From NCBI GenBank assembly GCA_030390025.1, contig CM059431.1, positions 156,056,001 to 156,120,000 on the forward strand: a stretch of 64,000 nucleotides of DNA, given 5' to 3'. The stretch is from Squalus acanthias (lineage: Eukaryota). Within the stretch, counting starts at the first letter, position 1, and every line of letters begins with the position of its first letter. The translations under genes and the position numbers were made by a program. Of the stretch, positions 41,244-55,700 are shown piece by piece. Under the pieces are notes generated by a model, which worked only from the letters and a program-made list of their open reading frames with translations, was not told where the DNA came from and did not search any database.

Positions 41244-42447
41244 ATGACAGAGTAAACTGGGCTTCACAGAGTGTCTGTGTACCCTGGACTAAACAGAGTG
41301 TCGGAGTACCCTGGACTACACAGAGTGTCAGAGTACCCTGGACTATACAGACTGTCAGAGTACCCTGGACTACACAGAGTATCAGAGTACCGTGGACAAC
41401 ACAGAGTGTCAGAGTACCTTGGACTACGCAGAGTGTCAGAGAACCGTGGGCTACACAGAGTGATAGAGTACACTGGGCTCCACAGATTCTCAGAGTTCCT
41501 TGGACTAAACAGAGTGTCAGAGTACCGTGTACTACACAGAGTGTCAGAGTACCTTGGCTACACAGAGTGTCAGAGTACCGTGGGCTACACAGAGTGACAG
41601 AGTACACTGGGCTACACAGAGTTAAGAGTACCTTGGACTACACGGAGTGTCAGAGTACCTTGGACGACACAGAGAGTCAGAGTACCGTGGGCTACACAGC
41701 GTGACAGAGTACACTGGGCAACACAGAGTGTCAGAGTCCCTTGGTCTACACGGAGTGTCTGTGTACCTTGGACTATACAGAGTGTCAGAGTAGCCTGGAC
41801 TACACAGAGTGTCAGAGCACCTTGGGCTACACAGAATGACAGAGTAAACTGGGCTTCACGGCGTGTCTGTGTACCATGGACTACACAGAGTGACAGAGTG
41901 CCCTTGGCTACACAGAGTGTCAGAGTATACTGGGCTACACAGTGTGTCAGAGTACCCAGTACTACACAGTGTGTCAGAGTACCCTGGACTAAACAGAGTT
42001 TCTGAGTACCCTGGACTACACAGACTCTCAGAATAACCTGGACTATACAGAGTGTCAGAGTACCCTGGACTAAACAGAGTGTCAGAGTACCCTGGACTAC
42101 ACAGAATGTCAGAGTACTCTGGACTACACAGAAAGTTAGTGTACCCTGGAGTACACGGAGTGTCAGAGTACCTTGGACTACACAGAGTGTCAGTGTACCG
42201 TGGCCTACACAGAGTGTCAGAGTACGTCGGAATACGCAGAGTGTCAGAGTACCGTGTACTACACAGAGTGTCAGAGTACCTTGGCTACACAGAGTGTCAG
42301 AGTACCGTGGGCTACACAGAGTGACAGAGTACACTGGGCTACACAGAGGTAAGAGTACATTGGACTACACGGAGTGTCAGAGTACCTTGGACGACACAGA
42401 GTGTCAGAGTACCGTGGGCTACACAGCGTGACAGAGTACAGTGGGCT

Positions 42448-45400
42448 ACACAGAGTGTCAGAGTCCCTTGGTCTACACGGAGTGTCTGTGTACCTTGGAC
42501 TATACAGAGTGTCAGAGTAGCCTGGACTACACAGAGTGTCAGAGCACCTTGGGCTACACAGAATGACAGAGTAAACTGGGCTTCACGGAGTGTCTGTGTA
42601 CCATGGACTACACAGAGTGACAGAGTGCCCTTGGCTACACAGAGTGTCAGAGTATACTGGGCTACACAGTGTGTCAGAGTACCCAGTACTACACAGTGTG
42701 TCAGAGTACCCTGGACTAAACAGAGTTTCTGAGTACCCTGGACTACACAGATTGTCAGAGTACCCTGGACTACACAGACTGTCAGAATAACCTGGACTAT
42801 ACAGAGTGTCAGGGTACCCTGGACTAAACAGAGTGTCAGAGTACCCTGGACTACACAGAATGTCAGAGTACCCTGGACTACACAGAAAGTTAGTGTACCC
42901 TGGACTACACGGAGTGTCAGAGTACCTTGGACTACACAGAGTGTCAGAGAACCTTGGACTACACAGAGTGTCAGAGTACCGTGGGCTACACAGAGTGTCA
43001 GAGTACCTTGTTCTACACGCAGTGTCAGAGTACCTTGGGCGAAACAGTGTGTCAGAGTACCTTGGTCGACACGCAGTGTCAGAGTACCTTGGACGACACA
43101 GAGTGTCAGAGTACCGTGAGCTACACAGAGTGTCAGAGTACCTTGGTCTACACGGAGTGTCAGAGTACCTTAGACTATACAGAGTGTCAGAGTAGCCTGG
43201 ACTACACAGAGTGTCAGAGTACCTTGGGCTACACAGAGTTTTAGAGTACACTGGGCTCCACAGATTCTCAGAGTTCCTTGGACTAAACAGAGTGTCAGAG
43301 TACCGTGTACTACACAGAGTTTCAGAGTACCTTGGCTACACAGAGTGTCAGAGTACCGTGGGCTACACAGAGTGACAGAGAACACCGGGCTACACAGAGT
43401 TAAGAGTACCTTGGACTACACGGAGTGTCAGAGTTCCTTGGACGACACAGAGTGTCAGAGTACCGTGAGCTACACAGAGTGACAGAGTACACTGGGCTAC
43501 ACAGAGTGTCAGAGTACCTTGGTCTACACGGAGTGTCAGACTACCTTAGACTATACAGAGTGTCAGAGTAGCCTGGACTACACAGAGTGTCAGAGTACCT
43601 TGGGCAATACAGAATGACAGAGTAAACTGGGCTTCACAGAGTGTCTGTGTACCCTGGACTAAACAGAGTGTCGGAGTACCCTGGACTACACAGAGTGTCA
43701 GAGTACCCTGGACTATACAGACTGTCAGAGTACCCTGGACTACACAGAGTATCAGAGTACCGTGGACAACACAGAGTGTCAGAGTACCTTGGACTACGCA
43801 GAGTGTCAGAGAACCGTGGGCTACACAGAGTGATAGAGTACACTGGGCTCCACAGATTCTCAGAGTTCCTTGGACTAAACAGAGTGTCAGAGTACCGTGT
43901 ACTACACAGAGTGTCAGAGTACCTTGGCTACACAGAGTGTCAGAGTACCGTGGGCTACACAGAGTGACAGAGTACACTGGGCTACACAGAGTTAAGAGTA
44001 CCTTGGACTACACGGAGTGTCAGAGTACCTTGGACGACACAGAGAGTCAGAGTACCGTGGGCTACACAGCGTGACAGAGTACACTGGGCTACACAGAGTG
44101 TCAGAGTCCCTTGGTCTACACGGAGTGTCTGTGTACCTTGGACTATACAGAGTGTCAGAGTAGCCTGGACTACACAGAGTGTCAGAGCACCTTGGGCTAC
44201 ACAGAATGACAGAGTAAACTGGGCTTCACGGCGTGTCTGTGTACCATGGACTACACAGAGTGACAGAGTGCCCTTGGCTACACAGAGTGTCAGAGTATAC
44301 TGGGCTACACAGTGTGTCAGAGTACCCAGTACTACACAGTGTGTCAGAGTACCCTGGACTAAACAGAGTTTCTGAGTACCCTGGACTACACAGACTCTCA
44401 GAATAGCCTGGACTATACAGAGTGTCAGAGTACCCTGGACTAAACAGAGTGTCAGAGTACCCTGGACTACACAGAATGTCAGAGTACTCTGGACTACACA
44501 GAAAGTTAGTGTACCCTGGAGTACACGGAGTGTCAGAGTACCTTGGACTACACAGAGTGTCAGTGTACCGTGGCCTACACAGAGTGTCAGAGTACGTCGG
44601 AATACGCAGAGTGTCAGAGATCCGTGGGCTAGACAGAGTGACAGAGTACACTGGGCTACACAGAGTGTCAGAGTAACCTGGACTAAACAGAGTGTCAGAG
44701 TACACTGGGCTACACAGAGTGTCAGAGTACCCTAGAAAACACAGAGTGTCAGAGTACCTTGGACTACACAGAGTTTCAGAGTACCGTGGACTACACAGAG
44801 TGTCGGTATACCGTGGGCTAAACAGAGTGATAGAGTACACTGGGCTACACAGAGATTCAGATTACCTTGGACTACACAGAGTGTCAGAGTATCTTGGACT
44901 ACACAGCGTGTCAGAGGACCGTGGACTACACAGAGTGTCAGAGTACCCTGGGAACACAGAGTGTCAGAGTCCCTTGGTCTACACGGAGTGTCTGTGTACC
45001 TTGGACTATACAGAGTGTCAGAGTAGCCTGGACTACACAGAGTGTCAGAGCACCTTGGGCTACACAGAATGACAGAGTAAACTGGGCTTCACGGAGTGTC
45101 TGTGTACCATGGACTACACAGAGTGACAGAGTGCCCTTGGCTACACAGAGTGTCAGAGTATACTGGGCTACACAGTGTGTCAGAGTACCCAGTACTACAC
45201 AGTGTGTCAGAGTACCCTGGACTAAACAGAGTTTCTGAGTACCCTGGACTACACAGATTGTCAGAGTACCCTGGACTACACAGACTGTCAGAATAACCTG
45301 GACTATACAGAGTGTCAGGGTACCCTGGACTAAACAGAGTGTCAGAGTACCCTGGACTACACAGAATGTCAGAGTACCCTGGACTACACAGAAAGTTAGT

Positions 45401-47475
45401 GTACCCTGGACTACACGGAGTGTCAGAGTACCTTGGACTACACAGAGTGTCAGAGAACCTTGGACTACACAGAGTGTCAGAGTACCGTGGGCTACACAGA
45501 GTGTCAGAGTACCTTGTTCTACACGCAGTGTCAGAGTACCTTGGGCGAAACAGTGTGTCAGAGTACCTTGGTCGACACGCAGTGTCAGAGTACCTTGGAC
45601 GACACAGAGTGTCAGAGTACCGTGAGCTACACAGAGTGTCAGAGTACCTTGGTCTACACGGAGTGTCAGAGTACCTTAGACTATACAGAGTGTCAGAGTA
45701 GCCTGGACTACACAGAGTGTCAGAGTACCTTGGGCTACACAGAGTTTTAGAGTACACTGGGCTCCACAGATTCTCAGAGTTCCTTGGACTAAACAGAGTG
45801 TCAGAGTACCGTGTACTACACAGAGTTTCAGAGTACCTTGGCTACACAGAGTGTCAGAGTACCGTGGGCTACACAGAGTGACAGAGAACACCGGGCTACA
45901 CAGAGTTAAGAGTACCTTGGACTACACGGAGTGTCAGAGTTCCTTGGACGACACAGAGTGTCAGAGTACCGTGAGCTACACAGAGTGACAGAGTACACTG
46001 GGCTACACAGAGTGTCAGAGTACCTTGGTCTACACGGAGTGTCAGACTACCTTAGACTATACAGAGTGTCAGAGTAGCCTGGACTACACAGAGTGTCAGA
46101 GTACCTTGGGCAATACAGAATGACAGAGTAAACTGGGCTTCACAGAGTGTCTGTGTACCCTGGACTAAACAGAGTGTCGGAGTACCCTGGACTACACAGA
46201 GTGTCAGAGTACCCTGGACTATACAGACTGTCAGAGTACCCTGGACTACACAGAGTATCAGAGTACCGTGGACAACACAGAGTGTCAGAGTACCTTGGAC
46301 TACGCAGAGTGTCAGAGAACCGTGGGCTACACAGAGTGATAGAGTACACTGGGCTCCACAGATTCTCAGAGTTCCTTGGACTAAACAGAGTGTCAGAGTA
46401 CCGTGTACTACACAGAGTGTCAGAGTACCTTGGCTACACAGAGTGTCAGAGTACCGTGGGCTACACAGAGTGACAGAGTACACTGGGCTACACAGAGTTA
46501 AGAGTACCTTGGACTACACGGAGTGTCAGAGTACCTTGGACGACACAGAGAGTCAGAGTACCGTGGGCTACACAGCGTGACAGAGTACACTGGGCTACAC
46601 AGAGTGTCAGAGTCCCTTGGTCTACACGGAGTGTCTGTGTACCTTGGACTATACAGAGTGTCAGAGTAGCCTGGACTACACAGAGTGTCAGAGCACCTTG
46701 GGCTACACAGAATGACAGAGTAAACTGGGCTTCACGGCGTGTCTGTGTACCATGGACTACACAGAGTGACAGAGTGCCCTTGGCTACACAGAGTGTCAGA
46801 GTATACTGGGCTACACAGTGTGTCAGAGTACCCAGTACTACACAGTGTGTCAGAGTACCCTGGACTAAACAGAGTTTCTGAGTACCCTGGACTACACAGA
46901 CTCTCAGAATAGCCTGGACTATACAGAGTGTCAGAGTACCCTGGACTAAACAGAGTGTCAGAGTACCCTGGACTACACAGAATGTCAGAGTACTCTGGAC
47001 TACACAGAAAGTTAGTGTACCCTGGAGTACACGGAGTGTCAGAGTACCTTGGACTACACAGAGTGTCAGTGTACCGTGGCCTACACAGAGTGTCAGAGTA
47101 CGTCGGAATACGCAGAGTGTCAGAGATCCGTGGGCTAGACAGAGTGACAGAGTACACTGGGCTACACAGAGTGTCAGAGTAACCTGGACTAAACAGAGTG
47201 TCAGAGTACACTGGGCTACACAGAGTGTCAGAGTACCCTAGAAAACACAGAGTGTCAGAGTACCTTGGACTACACAGAGTTTCAGAGTACCGTGGACTAC
47301 ACAGAGTGTCGGTATACCGTGGGCTAAACAGAGTGATAGAGTACACTGGGCTACACAGAGATTCAGATTACCTTGGACTACACAGAGTGTCAGAGTATCT
47401 TGGACTACACAGCGTGTCAGAGGACCGTGGACTACACAGAGTGTCAGAGTACCCTGGGAACACAGAGTGTCAGAG
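42448..47475 (+). repeat. Higher-order repeat, 2 tandem copies of 2506 bp
   Basis: Identical ORF translations at 42583/45089, 42806/45312, 43546/46052 and 44226/46732. Confidence 0.92.
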
Positions 47476-50400
47476 GACCCTGGACTACACAGACTGTCAG
47501 AGTAACGTGGACTACACAGAGTGTCAGAGTACCCTGGGAACACAGAGTGACAGAGGACCCTGGACTACACAGAGTGTCAGAGTACCGTGGACTACACAGA
47601 GTGTCAGAGAACCTTGGACTACACAGAGTGTCAGAGTACCGTGGGCTACACAGAGTGTCAGAGTACCTTGGTCTACACGCAGTGTCAGAGTACCTTGGGC
47701 TACACAGAGTGTCAGAGTACCTTGGTCTACACGCAGTGTCAGAGTACCTTGGACGACACAGAGTGTCAGAGTACCGTGAGCTACACAGAGTGACAGAGTA
47801 CACTGGGCTACACAGAGTGTCAGAGTACCTTGGTCTACACGGAGTGTCAGAGTACCTTAGACTATACAGAGTGTCAGAGTAGCCTAGACTACACAGAGTG
47901 TCAGAGTACCTTGGGCTACACAGAGTTTTAGAGTACACTGGGCTCCACAGATTCTCAGAGTTCCTTGGACTAAACAGAGTGTCAGAGTACCGTGTACTAC
48001 ACAGAGTTTCAGAGTACCTTGGCTACACAGAGTGTCAGAGTACCGTGGGCTACACAGAGTGACAGAGAACACCGGGCTACACAGAGTTAAGAGTACCTTG
48101 GACTACACGGAGTGTCAGAGTTCCTTGGACGACACAGAGTGTCAGAGTACCGTGAGCTACACAGAGTGACAGAGTACACTGGGCTACACAGAGTGTCAGA
48201 GTACCTTGGTCTACACGGAGTGTCAGACTACCTTAGACTATACAGAGTGTCAGAGTAGCCTGGACTACACAGAGTGTCAGAGTACCTTGGGCAATACAGA
48301 ATGACAGAGTAAACTGGGCTTCACAGAGTGTCTGTGTACCCTGGACTAAACAGAGTGTCGGAGTACCCTGGACTACACAGAGTGTCAGAGTACCCTGGAC
48401 TATACAGACTGTCAGAGTACCCTGGACTACACAGAGTATCAGAGTACCGTGGACAACACAGAGTGTCAGAGTACCTTGGACTACGCAGAGTGTCAGAGAA
48501 CCGTGGGCTACACAGAGTGATAGAGTACACTGGGCTCCACAGATTCTCAGAGTTCCTTGGACTAAACAGAGTGTCAGAGTACCGTGTACTACACAGAGTG
48601 TCAGAGTACCTTGGCTACACAGAGTGTCAGAGTACCGTGGGCTACACAGAGTGACAGAGTACACTGGGCTACACAGAGTTAAGAGTACCTTGGACTACAC
48701 GGAGTGTCAGAGTACCTTGGACGACACAGAGAGTCAGAGTACCGTGGGCTACACAGCGTGACAGAGTACACTGGGCTACACAGAGTGTCAGAGTCCCTTG
48801 GTCTACACGGAGTGTCTGTGTACCTTGGACTATACAGAGTGTCAGAGTAGCCTGGACTACACAGAGTGTCAGAGCACCTTGGGCTACACAGAATGACAGA
48901 GTAAACTGGGCTTCACGGCGTGTCTGTGTACCATGGACTACACAGAGTGACAGAGTGCCCTTGGCTACACAGAGTGTCAGAGTATACTGGGCTACACAGT
49001 GTGTCAGAGTACCCAGTACTACACAGTGTGTCAGAGTACCCTGGACTAAACAGAGTTTCTGAGTACCCTGGACTACACAGACTCTCAGAATAGCCTGGAC
49101 TATACAGAGTGTCAGAGTACCCTGGACTAAACAGAGTGTCAGAGTACCCTGGACTACACAGAATGTCAGAGTACTCTGGACTACACAGAAAGTTAGTGTA
49201 CCCTGGAGTACACGGAGTGTCAGAGTACCTTGGACTACACAGAGTGTCAGTGTACCGTGGCCTACACAGAGTGTCAGAGTACGTCGGAATACGCAGAGTG
49301 TCAGAGATCCGTGGGCTAGACAGAGTGACAGAGTACACTGGGCTACACAGAGTGTCAGAGTAACCTGGACTAAACAGAGTGTCAGAGTACACTGGGCTAC
49401 ACAGAGTGTCAGAGTACCCTAGAAAACACAGAGTGTCAGAGTACCTTGGACTACACAGAGTTTCAGAGTACCGTGGACTACACAGAGTGTCGGTATACCG
49501 TGGGCTAAACAGAGTGATAGAGTACACTGGGCTACACAGAGATTCAGATTACCTTGGACTACACAGAGTGTCAGAGTATCTTGGACTACACAGCGTGTCA
49601 GAGGACCGTGGACTACACAGAGTGTCAGAGTACCCTGGGAACACAGAGTGTCAGAGGACCCTGGACTACACAGACTGTCAGAGTAACGTGGACTACACAG
49701 AGTGTCAGAGTACCCTGGGAACACAGAGTGACAGAGGACCCTGGACTACACAGAGTGTCAGAGTACCGTGGACTACACAGAGTGTCAGAGAACCTTGGAC
49801 TACACAGAGTGTCAGAGTACCGTGGGCTACACAGAGTGTCAGAGTACCTTGGTCTACACGCAGTGTCAGAGTACCTTGGGCTACACAGAGTGTCAGAGTA
49901 CCTTGGTCTACACGCAGTGTCAGAGTACCTTGGACGACACAGAGTGTCAGAGTACCGTGAGCTACACAGAGTGACAGAGTACACTGGGCTACACAGAGTG
50001 TCAGAGTACCTTGGTCTACACGGAGTGTCAGAGTACCTTAGACTATACAGAGTGTCAGAGTAGCCTAGACTACACAGAGTGTCAGAGTACCTTGGGCTAC
50101 ACAGAGTTTTAGAGTACACTGGGCTCCACAGATTCTCAGAGTTCCTTGGACTAAACAGAGTGTCAGAGTACCGTGTACTACACAGAGTTTCAGAGTACCT
50201 TGGCTACACAGAGTGTCAGAGTACCGTGGGCTACACAGAGTGACAGAGAACACCGGGCTACACAGAGTTAAGAGTACCTTGGACTACACGGAGTGTCAGA
50301 GTTCCTTGGACGACACAGAGTGTCAGAGTACCGTGAGCTACACAGAGTGACAGAGTACACTGGGCTACACAGAGTGTCAGAGTACCTTGGTCTACACGGA

Positions 50401-52715
50401 GTGTCAGACTACCTTAGACTATACAGAGTGTCAGAGTAGCCTGGACTACACAGAGTGTCAGAGTACCTTGGGCAATACAGAATGACAGAGTAAACTGGGC
50501 TTCACAGAGTGTCTGTGTACCCTGGACTAAACAGAGTGTCGGAGTACCCTGGACTACACAGAGTGTCAGAGTACCCTGGACTATACAGACTGTCAGAGTA
50601 CCCTGGACTACACAGAGTATCAGAGTACCGTGGACAACACAGAGTGTCAGAGTACCTTGGACTACGCAGAGTGTCAGAGAACCGTGGGCTACACAGAGTG
50701 ATAGAGTACACTGGGCTCCACAGATTCTCAGAGTTCCTTGGACTAAACAGAGTGTCAGAGTACCGTGTACTACACAGAGTGTCAGAGTACCTTGGCTACA
50801 CAGAGTGTCAGAGTACCGTGGGCTACACAGAGTGACAGAGTACACTGGGCTACACAGAGTTAAGAGTACCTTGGACTACACGGAGTGTCAGAGTACCTTG
50901 GACGACACAGAGAGTCAGAGTACCGTGGGCTACACAGCGTGACAGAGTACACTGGGCTACACAGAGTGTCAGAGTCCCTTGGTCTACACGGAGTGTCTGT
51001 GTACCTTGGACTATACAGAGTGTCAGAGTAGCCTGGACTACACAGAGTGTCAGAGCACCTTGGGCTACACAGAATGACAGAGTAAACTGGGCTTCACGGC
51101 GTGTCTGTGTACCATGGACTACACAGAGTGACAGAGTGCCCTTGGCTACACAGAGTGTCAGAGTATACTGGGCTACACAGTGTGTCAGAGTACCCAGTAC
51201 TACACAGTGTGTCAGAGTACCCTGGACTAAACAGAGTTTCTGAGTACCCTGGACTACACAGACTCTCAGAATAGCCTGGACTATACAGAGTGTCAGAGTA
51301 CCCTGGACTAAACAGAGTGTCAGAGTACCCTGGACTACACAGAATGTCAGAGTACTCTGGACTACACAGAAAGTTAGTGTACCCTGGAGTACACGGAGTG
51401 TCAGAGTACCTTGGACTACACAGAGTGTCAGTGTACCGTGGCCTACACAGAGTGTCAGAGTACGTCGGAATACGCAGAGTGTCAGAGATCCGTGGGCTAG
51501 ACAGAGTGACAGAGTACACTGGGCTACACAGAGTGTCAGAGTAACCTGGACTAAACAGAGTGTCAGAGTACACTGGGCTACACAGAGTGTCAGAGTACCC
51601 TAGAAAACACAGAGTGTCAGAGTACCTTGGACTACACAGAGTTTCAGAGTACCGTGGACTACACAGAGTGTCGGTATACCGTGGGCTAAACAGAGTGATA
51701 GAGTACACTGGGCTACACAGAGATTCAGATTACCTTGGACTACACAGAGTGTCAGAGTATCTTGGACTACACAGCGTGTCAGAGGACCGTGGACTACACA
51801 GAGTGTCAGAGTACCCTGGGAACACAGAGTGTCAGAGGACCCTGGACTACACAGACTGTCAGAGTAACGTGGACTACACAGAGTGTCAGAGTACCCTGGG
51901 AACACAGAGTGACAGAGGACCCTGGACTACACAGAGTGTCAGAGTACCGTGGACTACACAGAGTGTCAGAGAACCTTGGACTACACAGAGTGTCAGAGTA
52001 CCGTGGGCTACACAGAGTGTCAGAGTACCTTGGTCTACACGCAGTGTCAGAGTACCTTGGGCTACACAGAGTGTCAGAGTACCTTGGTCTACACGCAGTG
52101 TCAGAGTACCTTGGACGACACAGAGTGTCAGAGTACCGTGAGCTACACAGAGTGACAGAGTACACTGGGCTACACAGAGTGTCAGAGTACCTTGGTCTAC
52201 ACGGAGTGTCAGAGTACCTTAGACTATACAGAGTGTCAGAGTAGCCTAGACTACACAGAGTGTCAGAGTACCTTGGGCTACACAGAGTTTTAGAGTACAC
52301 TGGGCTCCACAGATTCTCAGAGTTCCTTGGACTAAACAGAGTGTCAGAGTACCGTGTACTACACAGAGTTTCAGAGTACCTTGGCTACACAGAGTGTCAG
52401 AGTACCGTGGGCTCCACAGAGTGACAGAGAACACCGGGCTACACAGAGTTAAGAGTACCTTGGACTACACGGAGTGTCAGAGTTCCTTGGACGACACAGA
52501 GTGTCAGAGTACCGTGAGCTACACAGAGTGACAGAGTACACTGGGCTACACAGAGTGTCAGAGTACCTTGGTCTACACAGAGTGTCAGAGTACCTTAGAC
52601 TATACAGAGTGTCAGAGTAGCCTGGACTACACAGAGTGTCAGAGTACCTTGGGCAATACAGAATGACAGAGTAAACTGGGCTTCACAGAGTGTCTGTGTA
52701 CCCTGTACTAAACAG
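45630..52715 (+). repeat. Higher-order repeat, about 3.2 near-identical tandem copies of 2181 bp (81 monomers minus 6 bp)
   Basis: Identical ORF translations at 46052/48233/50414, 46732/48913/51094, 47198/49379/51560 and 47373/49554/51735. Confidence 0.96.
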
Positions 52716-55700
52716 AGTGACAGAGTGCCCTTGGCTACACAGAGTGTCAGAGTATACTGGGCTACACAGTGTGTCAGAGTACCCAGGACTCCACAGAGTG
52801 TCAGAGTACCGTGGACAACACAGACTGTCAGAGTACCCGGGACTAAACAGAGTGTCAGAGTACCTTGGACTAAACAGAGTGTCAGAGTAACGTGTACTAC
52901 ACAGAGTGTCAGAGTACCTTGGACTACACAGAGTGTAAAAGTACCGTGGGCTACACAGACTGACAGAGTACACTGGGCTGCACAGAGTATCAGAGTACCT
53001 TGGACTACACAGAGTTTCAGAGTGCCGTGGACTGCACAGAGTGTCAGAGTATATTGGACTACGCAGAGTGGCAGGGAACCGTGGGCTACACAGAGTGACA
53101 GAGTGCACTGGGCTACAGAGAGTGTCAGAGTACCCTGGGCTGCACAGAATATCAGAGAACCGTAGAAAACACAGAGTGTTAGAGTACCCTGGTCTACACA
53201 GAGATTAAGAGAACCGTGGGCTACTCAGACTGTCAGAATACATTGGACTACACAGAGTGTCAGAGTACCGTGGACTAAACAGAGCGTCAGAGTATCCAGG
53301 ACCATACAGAGTGACAGAGTACACTGGGGTACACAGATTGTCAGAGTATCCAGGACTACACAGAGTGTTAGAGTACCTTGGTCTACACAGAGTGTCCGAA
53401 TACCGTGGGCTTCACAGAGAGACAGAGTACACTGGGCTAAACAGAATGTCAGAGTACCGTGGACAACACAGAGTGTCAGAGTACCTTGGACTACGCAGAG
53501 TGTCAGAGAACCGTGGGCTACACAGAGAGACAGAGTACACTGGGCTAAACAGAGTGTCAGAGTACCGTGGACTACGCAGAGTGTCTGTGTACCATGGACT
53601 ACACAGAGTGACAGAGTGCCCTTGGCTGCACAGAGTGTCAGAGTATACTGGGCTACACAGTGTGTCAGAGTACCCAGTACTACACAGTGTGTCAGAGTAC
53701 CCTGGACTAAACAGAGTTTCTGAGTAGCCTGGACTACACAGATTGTCAGAGTACCCTGGACTACACAGACTGTCAGAATAACTTGGACTATACAGAGTGT
53801 CAGAGTACCCTGCACTAAACAGAGTGTCAGAGTACCCTGGACTACACAGAATGTCAGAGTACCCTGGACTACACAGAAAGTTAGTGTACCCTGGACTACA
53901 CGGAGTGTCAGAGTACCTTGGACTACACAGAGTGTCAGTGTAACGTGGACTACACAGAGTGTCAGAGTACGTCGGAATACGCAGAGTGTCAGAGATCCGT
54001 GGGCTAGACAGAGTGACAGAGTACACTGGGCTACACAGAGTGTCAGAGTACCCTAGAAAACAGAGAGTGTCAAAGTACCCTGGTCTAAACAGAGTGTCAG
54101 AGTACACTGGGCTACACAGTGTGTCAGAGTACCCTAGAAAACACAGAGATTCAGATTACCTTGGACTACACAGAGTGTCAGAGTATCTTGGACTACACAG
54201 CGTGTCAGAGGACCGTGGACTACACAGAGTGTCAGAGTACCCTGGGAACACAGAGTGTCAGAGGACCCTGGACTACACAGACTGTCAGAGTACCGTGGAC
54301 TACACAGAGTGTCAGAGAACCTTGGACTACACAGTGTCAGAGTACCGTGGGCTACATAGAGTGATAGAGTACACTGTGCTACATAGAGTGTCAGAGTACC
54401 CTGGACTACACAGAGTGTCAGAGTAAACTTTGCTACACAGAGTGTAAGAGTACCGTGGAATACGCAGAGTGTCAGAGTACCTTGGACTACACTGAGTGTC
54501 AGAGTACCGTGGGCTACACAGAGTGTCAGAGTACTTTGGTCTACACGCAGTGTCAGAGTACCTTGGGCTACACAGAGTGTCAGAGTTCCGTGGGCTACAC
54601 AGAGTGTCAGAGTAACTTGGACTAAAAAGAGTGTCGGAGTACCGTGGGCTACACAGAGTGACAGAGTACATTGGGCTACGCAGAGTGTCATATTACCCTG
54701 GACTGCACAGAGTGTCAGAGTACCCTGCACTACACAGAGTGTCAGATTTCCCTGGACTACACAGAGTGTCAGAGTACCCTGGACTATACAGAGTGTCAGA
54801 GTACCTTGGACTACACAGAGTGTCAGAGTACCGTGGGCTACACAGATTGACAGAGTTCCTTGGACTGCACAGAGTGTCAGAGTACCCAGGACTACACAGA
54901 GTGTCAGAGTTCCTTGGACTAAACAGAGTGTCAGAGTACCGTGTACTACACAGAGTTTCAGAGTACCTTGGACTACACAGAGTGTCAAAGTACCGTGGGC
55001 TACACAGAGTGACAGAGTACACTGGGCTACACAGAGTGTCAGAGTACCCTGGGCTACACAGAGTATCAAAGAACCGTAGACTACACAGAGTGTTAGAGTA
55101 CCCTGGTCTACACAGAGTGTCAGAGAACCGTGGGTTACACAGACTGTCAGAATACATTGGACTACACAGAGTGTCAGAGTACCGTGGCCTACACAGAGCG
55201 TCAGAGTATCCAGGACCATACAGAGTGACAGAGTACACTGGGCTACACAGAGTGTCAGAGTACCCTGGGCTACACAGAGTATCAAAGAACCGTAGACTAC
55301 ACAGAGTGTTAGAGTATCCTGGACGACACAGAGTGTCAGAGAACCGTAGACTACACAGAGTGTTAGAGTACCTGATCTACACAGAGTGTCAGAGCACCTT
55401 GGACTACACAGAGTGTCAGAGTACCCTGGACTACACAGAGTGTCAGTGTACCGTGGACTAAAGAGAGTGTGAGAGTACCCTGGACTTCACAGAGTGTCAG
55501 AGTACCGTGGGCGACACAGAGTGTCAGAGTACCTTGGACGACACAGAGTGTCAGAGTACCGTGGGCTACACAGAATGACAGATTACCCTGGACTACACGC
55601 AGTGTCAGAGTACCTTGGACTACACAGAGTGTCAGAGTACCGTGGACTAAACATAGTGTCAGAGTACCCTGGACTACACAGAGTGTCAGAGATCCGTGGG

